A stretch of 32,000 bases of DNA, from contig CAZECW010000076.1 in the NCBI GenBank assembly GCA_964510585.1, forward strand, positions 1-32,000. The letters are read 5' to 3'. The notes below the pieces were generated by a model. That model ran no database searches and was not told the origin of the DNA. It saw nothing but the letters and a program-made list of their open reading frames with translations. This stretch comes from an uncultured archaeon (GTDB lineage Archaea > Asgardarchaeota > Jordiarchaeia > Jordiarchaeales > Jordiarchaeaceae). Both the position numbers and the translations under genes were made by a program. Below are positions 26,818 through 32,000 of the stretch, piece after piece (position 1 is the first letter of the stretch; every line of letters begins with the position of its first letter).

Positions 26818-28860
26818 CTACATTTTTGGAGAGGATTCGGGCGGTTTTTCTTCTTTGGAAGGCCAAGCAAAAATAATTACAGTTAGACAGATGAGGAAGG
26901 GCATAAAGAGTAGGAAAATCTGCAGGTACTGGGAATTCTCGGAGGGAATAATTCCTACTATTAGGACTGTGGGATTTAACTCAGAACTTTGAACATAGAT
27001 CTTTTGGGCGTCAGAAATGGTCTGATAGCCTTGAGAATCTACTGCTCGAGCGTAGAATACCAAGCTGTGATTGTCGAAATTAGAAGAGTCTATGGTAAAG
27101 CTGTGACTGTGGCTTAGCATTGGTGTTGAATTGACGACTACCTTATTGTAGTCTGTAACCACTATTTCTAGGCTAATTATTCCTTGGGGGTCTGTGCAGG
27201 AGATGTTGATTGTGAATTGTTCTCCGGGGTTGATGCTTGTGGGGGCGTTGATGTTGAAAATGGTAGGTTGGTCTGGTGTGAAGCCTACTTCTAGAGTTGT
27301 GGTGTTGTAGAGATGATTGGGTTTGGTTACTGTGATGTTGTACTGTCCGGTTGGGGGTGCGGGGATTTTTATTCGGCCTTGGGAGTCGGTGAGGTAGGTG
27401 TGATAATATTCTGTCCCCTGTATGCAGACTAGGGTGTTGCTCACGGGGCGTCCTTCGCTGTCCTGGATTCTAATCTGCATCATTTGGCCTGGTGTAGGTG
27501 TGTATTCGGGTAGAATGATGTTTAGGCTTTGTGGGATACTGGTCCATATGGGGAGTTCTGGATCTCCTAGTAGGATGTATTCAAAGAATTCCTGTCTGTA
27601 TATGCTGTTTTCAGCCATCCTAAATAGACCCACCTTCTGGTAGTACTCCTGTTTGCTTTCGTATAGGGCGTATCCTGCGCGTTGGGAAAACAGGCCATCA
27701 TTGGTATGGAGGAGTATTTCGAAGAACAATGCGTCTAAGAGAGAATCTGATAAATCATTAATGCTGTCTCCGCCATAGCTTTTTCTAGTAGCTCCAATAT
27801 AAGATATTGCTCCATTATTTGGATTCTTTAACATGGCTTCACCTATACAGTCTCCCACATAGTCTAGACCTGCTGTTAAACAAGCTGAGGCAAAAACTAG
27901 AGGCAGCCTATAACCATTATTTGAACTTGCAGCAGCATCAGAGGTATAATAAGTGCCACCGACGTCAGATGAGACCGAGTCGGTGGAACCGTGGGAGCAT
28001 AGGTTGACTATTGTGCATCCATTATTTATTGCGTTGGTAAAATTGTTTAAAGTTAAATTGTTATAATTGCGTATGGAGTCGTAGAATAGATTTATAAAGT
28101 TCATGCTTAGTTCTTTGGGGAGAATGTGGTCTCGGATGTAGTTTTTGATCCGCCATCCCTGAATGTCATTGCTTTGGCTTAGTTGGCCTCCTGCGAATAC
28201 TGCTGTTTGCATCCATTCTCCAATATGGTTGGCTATTTCTTTTTCGTAGGTGAGTGTTTTGTTTATCATGTTTTCGAGTTCGGTTAGATTTGAGGCGGGC
28301 AGCCTTCCGACGTATAGTTCTGGAATCCAGTCTATTTCGCTGAATTCGCCGTATAACTCATTTTCGTTATCGTCAAATGTTCCATTCAAAGCGGCGTAGT
28401 AATAGTCGCTTGGTACATTGTCCAGTCCAGTCCAAAAGTATCTTATGGGGATTATGCTGGTGTTGCCTGCCAGTAGGACCCAGCGGATGTTCCATTGGTT
28501 GTACGCGTCTGTCAGAAAGTTGCGTATTTTTGATGAACTGTCTTTTCCGGGGTAGTTTTCGTAGATGTAGGTTGTGTTGAATATGGCTGTGGGTATTCCT
28601 TTTTGTGTTTTCCATTCTGCAAATTGTGTCAGATTGGTGTTATTTGCCCATTCTGGGGGGGTTATTATTATGTATTGTGTGGTGTTTGTTTTCAGAATTA
28701 GTGGCGTGGGGATGTCTTTTATTTGTAGGGCTTGTTGGTTCTGTGAAATAACTGCAGGTATCCAGGTGTTGGGGGTGGGGAGGAGTAGGAGTGAAGCTCC
28801 CAAAGTTATCAGAAGTATTAGGAATCCCAGTTTTATGAGTGAAGTTCTCAAGTTGACCAC
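26818..28860 (-). CDS. Membrane-anchored gingipain-like cysteine peptidase (family C25)
   Basis: YIIITP, F..WK..KG, VLLAG, SD.YY, VGRLP, catalytic SHG and SAC, GA..YIGATR, LLGDP; N-terminal signal/TM, C-terminal Ig-like repeats and TM. Confidence 0.88.
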   Translation of the reverse strand: MVNLRTSLIKLGFLILLITLGASLLLLPTPNTWIPAVISQNQQALQIKDIPTPLILKTNTTQYIIITPPEWANNTNLTQFAEWKTQKGIPTAIFNTTYIYENYPGKDSSSKIRNFLTDAYNQWNIRWVLLAGNTSIIPIRYFWTGLDNVPSDYYYAALNGTFDDNENELYGEFSEIDWIPELYVGRLPASNLTELENMINKTLTYEKEIANHIGEWMQTAVFAGGQLSQSNDIQGWRIKNYIRDHILPKELSMNFINLFYDSIRNYNNLTLNNFTNAINNGCTIVNLCSHGSTDSVSSDVGGTYYTSDAAASSNNGYRLPLVFASACLTAGLDYVGDCIGEAMLKNPNNGAISYIGATRKSYGGDSINDLSDSLLDALFFEILLHTNDGLFSQRAGYALYESKQEYYQKVGLFRMAENSIYRQEFFEYILLGDPELPIWTSIPQSLNIILPEYTPTPGQMMQIRIQDSEGRPVSNTLVCIQGTEYYHTYLTDSQGRIKIPAPPTGQYNITVTKPNHLYNTTTLEVGFTPDQPTIFNINAPTSINPGEQFTINISCTDPQGIISLEIVVTDYNKVVVNSTPMLSHSHSFTIDSSNFDNHSLVFYARAVDSQGYQTISDAQKIYVQSSELNPTVLIVGIIPSENSQYLQIFLLFMPFLICLTVIIFAWPSKEEKPPESSPKM

Positions 28861-28951
28861 TCCTCTTTCTGAAAATGGTGGGGAATCCTCAACTAGTTTG
28901 GTTTTTCTATAAAAAATTTGGGAGTTGTTTTCAAGATTTGGGTTTTGTGGT

Positions 28952-29998
28952 TTATTGTATTTCTTTTATTGAGATTCTTTTTACTAGTAGTTTGTTGGTT
29001 CGGTCTTCTATTTTTAGTATATATTCGCCGTCGTTGTCGACTCGGGGGTACTGGAATACTAGTTCTTCGTAGGGGAACCAGAGTTCCACAGTTGTGTCCC
29101 AGGAATAGGTTTCAAAAAATTCTTCGATGTGGGCAATGGATATTTTTATGTTTTCTAATCCTTTTTCAGAGTTGTTCTTGACTGTTATTTTTAGTTTTTT
29201 CTTGTTGTCGGTGAATTCTACGCCCACCAGTTCTATGGGGCTTTCGGGAATGTGTTCGATAGCTCTGGTTTCTATGGCGCTTTTTCCGGATAGCGGGACA
29301 GATCTGGTTTGTGGGCCGCTTAAACCGTAAATGTTGCTGAGAAGGAAGTATATTAGGTTTCTCTGTTTCTCCACATCGCTCTGTAGGGCCTCCATTAACT
29401 CTGATGATATTATTGGTAGGGATATTTCACATATGTTCAGGAGATTATTTTCGATTTCCTCCCCTTCCTTAATAATTTTGTTATCTTCTTGTGTTCTTAT
29501 AGGTTTGCAACAAGCCAAATCCTTCTCTATTAAGATGTAAAGCTTGTCCTGCAAGCTCTCTCTGATTTTCTGAAGTATAACGCTGAGCAACTTATCTCCT
29601 AAAGGTTTAGCTAAACCCACAGGTACACTAACTATTAGAACAAAAACCTCCTCCGTCTCAGGAAACATACCCGCCCTTTGTTTTTCCCTAGCCGACTTCG
29701 CCTTAAATTTCGTGGCGGCATAAACTTTTCCCCCGAACTCTAAATCTACGCGGTTCAGTCCCTCTTTGAAATCGTCTGCTCCCAGCCACCAGACAGGGTG
29801 CTTCTGAATAATTCTCAGCGTTTCTAAATCATTCTTAAGACTCTCTGGGCAGGTAAATAGGGCAAGATGTCCTTTGGTTTCGTGAAAGTAGCACAGGTAA
29901 ATACCAATCAAGCCCTCTAAAATATTTGGGTGCCGCTCTTCCTTCTTTTGTTGAAATTCTAAACCATTAATTACATTATCATTCGAATTTTTGGACAT
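28952..29998 (-). CDS. uDENN/longin-like N-terminal domain plus the C-terminal shared domain
   Basis: GIYLCYFHETKGHLALFTCP resembles the uDENN/longin start (hydrophobic strand-F-x-x-x-x-G-x-x-x-x-x-x-x-P); aa 269-347 are 39/79 identical, without gaps, to aa 415-493 of the FrhB-family protein. Confidence 0.55.
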   Translation of the reverse strand: MSKNSNDNVINGLEFQQKKEERHPNILEGLIGIYLCYFHETKGHLALFTCPESLKNDLETLRIIQKHPVWWLGADDFKEGLNRVDLEFGGKVYAATKFKAKSAREKQRAGMFPETEEVFVLIVSVPVGLAKPLGDKLLSVILQKIRESLQDKLYILIEKDLACCKPIRTQEDNKIIKEGEEIENNLLNICEISLPIISSELMEALQSDVEKQRNLIYFLLSNIYGLSGPQTRSVPLSGKSAIETRAIEHIPESPIELVGVEFTDNKKKLKITVKNNSEKGLENIKISIAHIEEFFETYSWDTTVELWFPYEELVFQYPRVDNDGEYILKIEDRTNKLLVKRISIKEIQ

Positions 29999-30105
29999 CT
30001 TAATGCACCAGAGAGTCTAGTGGAATAGTAGAGGATTCATTTTTCAGGGTAATTTTAATCTCTTGGTTCAAGAGTGAAGTTTGGTATTTAGTTAATTAAT
30101 TTTTC

Positions 30106-30570
30106 TTAAACTCTTTTTTCAGCTGTATCCTTAGGTTGTAACTGGATTTCGTAATACCGTGTGTATTTTTTGAATTGGTTGACCCACTTTTTACTGATGA
30201 CGCCTACAATCTGCCCCTGCTTATTAACGACCCCGACCCGCTTCACTTTGGTTTTGTCAAAAAGGGTTTTTAACTCGTCCATAGAAACGTCCTCGCTCAC
30301 CGTTATAATGTCCCTAACCATAACGTCTCCTGCTTTATAGATTCGGGGATCCTTCTCCTTAGCCACCAAACGGAATATGACTCCATCCGTGATTATTCCA
30401 ACAACCTTGTCGTTGTCGTCTTTTACGAATACTGAGCTTATCCAGTTATCCACCATTAGTTTTGCCACTTTGGGTAGGGAGTCGTCGACATGGCAAGTTA
30501 TCACGTCACGGCTAGCCGCATTGACTATTGAGAATTTCTCCCTATTTTCAGTTGACAATCTTTCCACCAA
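30106..30570 (-). CDS. Tandem CBS-domain protein
   Basis: VITC..DDSL..VAKLM....ISSVFV.D...VVGIITD and VM.RDIITV...S........VKRV.VV...G.IVGVIS. Confidence 0.88.
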   Translation of the reverse strand: MVERLSTENREKFSIVNAASRDVITCHVDDSLPKVAKLMVDNWISSVFVKDDNDKVVGIITDGVIFRLVAKEKDPRIYKAGDVMVRDIITVSEDVSMDELKTLFDKTKVKRVGVVNKQGQIVGVISKKWVNQFKKYTRYYEIQLQPKDTAEKRV

Positions 30571-30901
30571 GTTTTTGTGGATCTATCTGTTGATACTTTT
30601 TTGATTAGGCTTTTATACTTTTTTAATGTGTTAGCAGAACTAAATCGCCTTTGCGTTTTTAGATACAGAAGGCACTTTAATTTTCGTTAGTTCTTCCCTT
30701 TATAATCTGGTGATTAGTTCACATTTTTAAAATTTTCAATTAACAAAGCATGTTAATAAAAGGAAAAAAGGTACAAATAGGGGAGGCAGTATATGAAAAC
30801 AAACATTTAATGTTCATGTCAGCTTGTTGACCGGCAGATAGAGTTAAAATTGCTTTTCGGTTAGATAAAATTTAATCGAGTCTATTTCAGAGGTTGTGGA
30901 A

Positions 30902-32000
30902 ATGGTATTTAAACACCAGTACATATCAGCAACCGAGGAAGATAAGAAGGCTATGTTAGACGAACTAGGTATCAAAAGCGTTGAGGAACTATATAGGGAT
31001 ATACCGAAAAAAATCAGATTGAATAGGCCGTTGGATCTTCCCAGCCCGCTGGTGGAGGCGGATTTAAAGCGGTTCATTGAACGTATGATGGATAAGAATG
31101 TTACACATAAAGATATGCCTGTGTTTTTGGGTTCGGGGGTTTGGCTTCACTACGTACCAGCGGTGGTAAGGTCGCTGGCGTTTCTTCCAGAATTTTTAAC
31201 TGCCTACACTCCCTACCAGTCGGAGATTTCTCAGGGAATCCTTCAAGCTTTGTTCGAGTATCAAAGTATGATCTGTGAGATTACAGGGATGGATGTAGCT
31301 AATGCTTCTATGTATGACTGGGCATCTGCGCTGGGTGAGGCTGCATTAATGGCGGGGAGAGCAACTAAGAGGAAGGAAATTTTAATACCCAGGATAATTC
31401 ATCCCGAAAGAAAAGCCACACTTAAAACATATATACATAACATAATGAGTTTTAAAGAGATTCCTTACAACACAGAGACCGGAACCATCGACTTAAATGC
31501 TTTGGACAATGCAATTTCTGGAAGCACTGCGGCAGTGTACGTAGAGAATCCAAACTATTTTGGGGTTGTGGAACATGAGGTTGCCGAGATTAGTAGTATA
31601 GCTCATGAAAACGGCGCCTTATTTGTGGTGGGTGTAGACCCAACCTCTTTGGGCGTTTTGGCTCCGCCTGGAGAATATGGTGCGGATATCGTGATTGGAG
31701 AGGGACAACCCCTAGGCGTTGATCCATCTTTTGGGGGCCCCCTGATTGGACTATTTGCCTGTAGGGATGACAAGGCCTTAATAAGGAATATGCCAGGAAG
31801 ACTCATTGGTATGACTGAGGATACGCAGGGAAATCGCTGTTATACAATAACCCTGCAGACCCGGGAGCAACACATTCGCAGAGAGAAGGCCACGAGTAAT
31901 ATCTGCTCTAATGAGGCGCTTTGCGCGATTCAGGTGGCAGTGTATCTTGCTTGTGTGGGACCGAAGGGGCTGGTTCAGTTGGGGGAGACTTGCATGGCCA
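30902..32000 (+). CDS. gcvPA: Glycine dehydrogenase (decarboxylating) subunit 1, truncated by the window end
   Basis: ML..LGI.SVEEL...IP, FLG.G...HY.P, FLTAYTPYQSEISQG.LQALFEYQ, G.DVANASMYD, PG..GADIV.GEGQPLG, FGGP, PGRL.G.T, LQTREQHIRREKATSNICSN. Confidence 0.96.
   Translation, partial: MVFKHQYISATEEDKKAMLDELGIKSVEELYRDIPKKIRLNRPLDLPSPLVEADLKRFIERMMDKNVTHKDMPVFLGSGVWLHYVPAVVRSLAFLPEFLTAYTPYQSEISQGILQALFEYQSMICEITGMDVANASMYDWASALGEAALMAGRATKRKEILIPRIIHPERKATLKTYIHNIMSFKEIPYNTETGTIDLNALDNAISGSTAAVYVENPNYFGVVEHEVAEISSIAHENGALFVVGVDPTSLGVLAPPGEYGADIVIGEGQPLGVDPSFGGPLIGLFACRDDKALIRNMPGRLIGMTEDTQGNRCYTITLQTREQHIRREKATSNICSNEALCAIQVAVYLACVGPKGLVQLGETCMA

Noticed and set aside
359-31806. The many 60-212-aa ORFs antisense to, or out of frame within, the called genes (e.g. 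3529..4167, 7023..7424, 16897..17298, 28574..28912)
   Set aside because: Shadow ORFs overlapping well-supported genes, with no motifs of their own.
1-32000. CRISPR arrays, tRNA, rRNA, intact transposases or integrases
   Set aside because: No spaced direct repeats, T-loop/anticodon patterns or DDE/tyrosine-recombinase motifs were seen by eye; tRNAscan-SE and Infernal would be needed to exclude them formally.

Overview
Archaeal DNA, most likely from an Asgard archaeon (inference from a Rag-like GTPase with a roadblock-like tail, an arrestin-fold protein, a uDENN/longin-like protein and eukaryote-type SECIS elements). The window has four blocks. (1) 1-5.2 kb: housekeeping genes (nadA, a Urm1/SAMP-like ubiquitin-fold protein ending HGG-DMI, a geranylgeranyl-reductase-family gene, a nucleoside phosphorylase) and a membrane protein resembling human CLN6, then about 1.5 kb with no credible ORF. 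(2) 6.75-17.3 kb, + strand: a heterodisulfide reductase cluster hdrC-hdrB-hdrD-like-hdrA(large, Cys)-mvhD(Cys)-65-aa ORF-hdrA(2 Sec)-SECIS-mvhD(2 Sec)-SECIS-wHTH/ferredoxin/FrhB. The ORF track splits the Sec hdrA and misses the Sec mvhD, because four in-frame TGA codons sit at conserved Cys positions. (3) 17.4-30.6 kb, all - strand: CBS pair, uDENN-like protein, C25 protease, 29-aa leader ORF, FrhB-family protein, Rag-like GTPase, arrestin-like protein and four tandem pseudo-ATPase/V4R paralogues. The FrhB, uDENN-like and arrestin-like proteins end in the same unrecognised domain of about 80 aa (49% gapless identity between the first two). This points to a candidate redox- or nutrient-linked small-GTPase signalling module, the strongest novelty candidate here. 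(4) gcvPA, cut by the window end. All family assignments come from motif recognition by eye; no database search was run.
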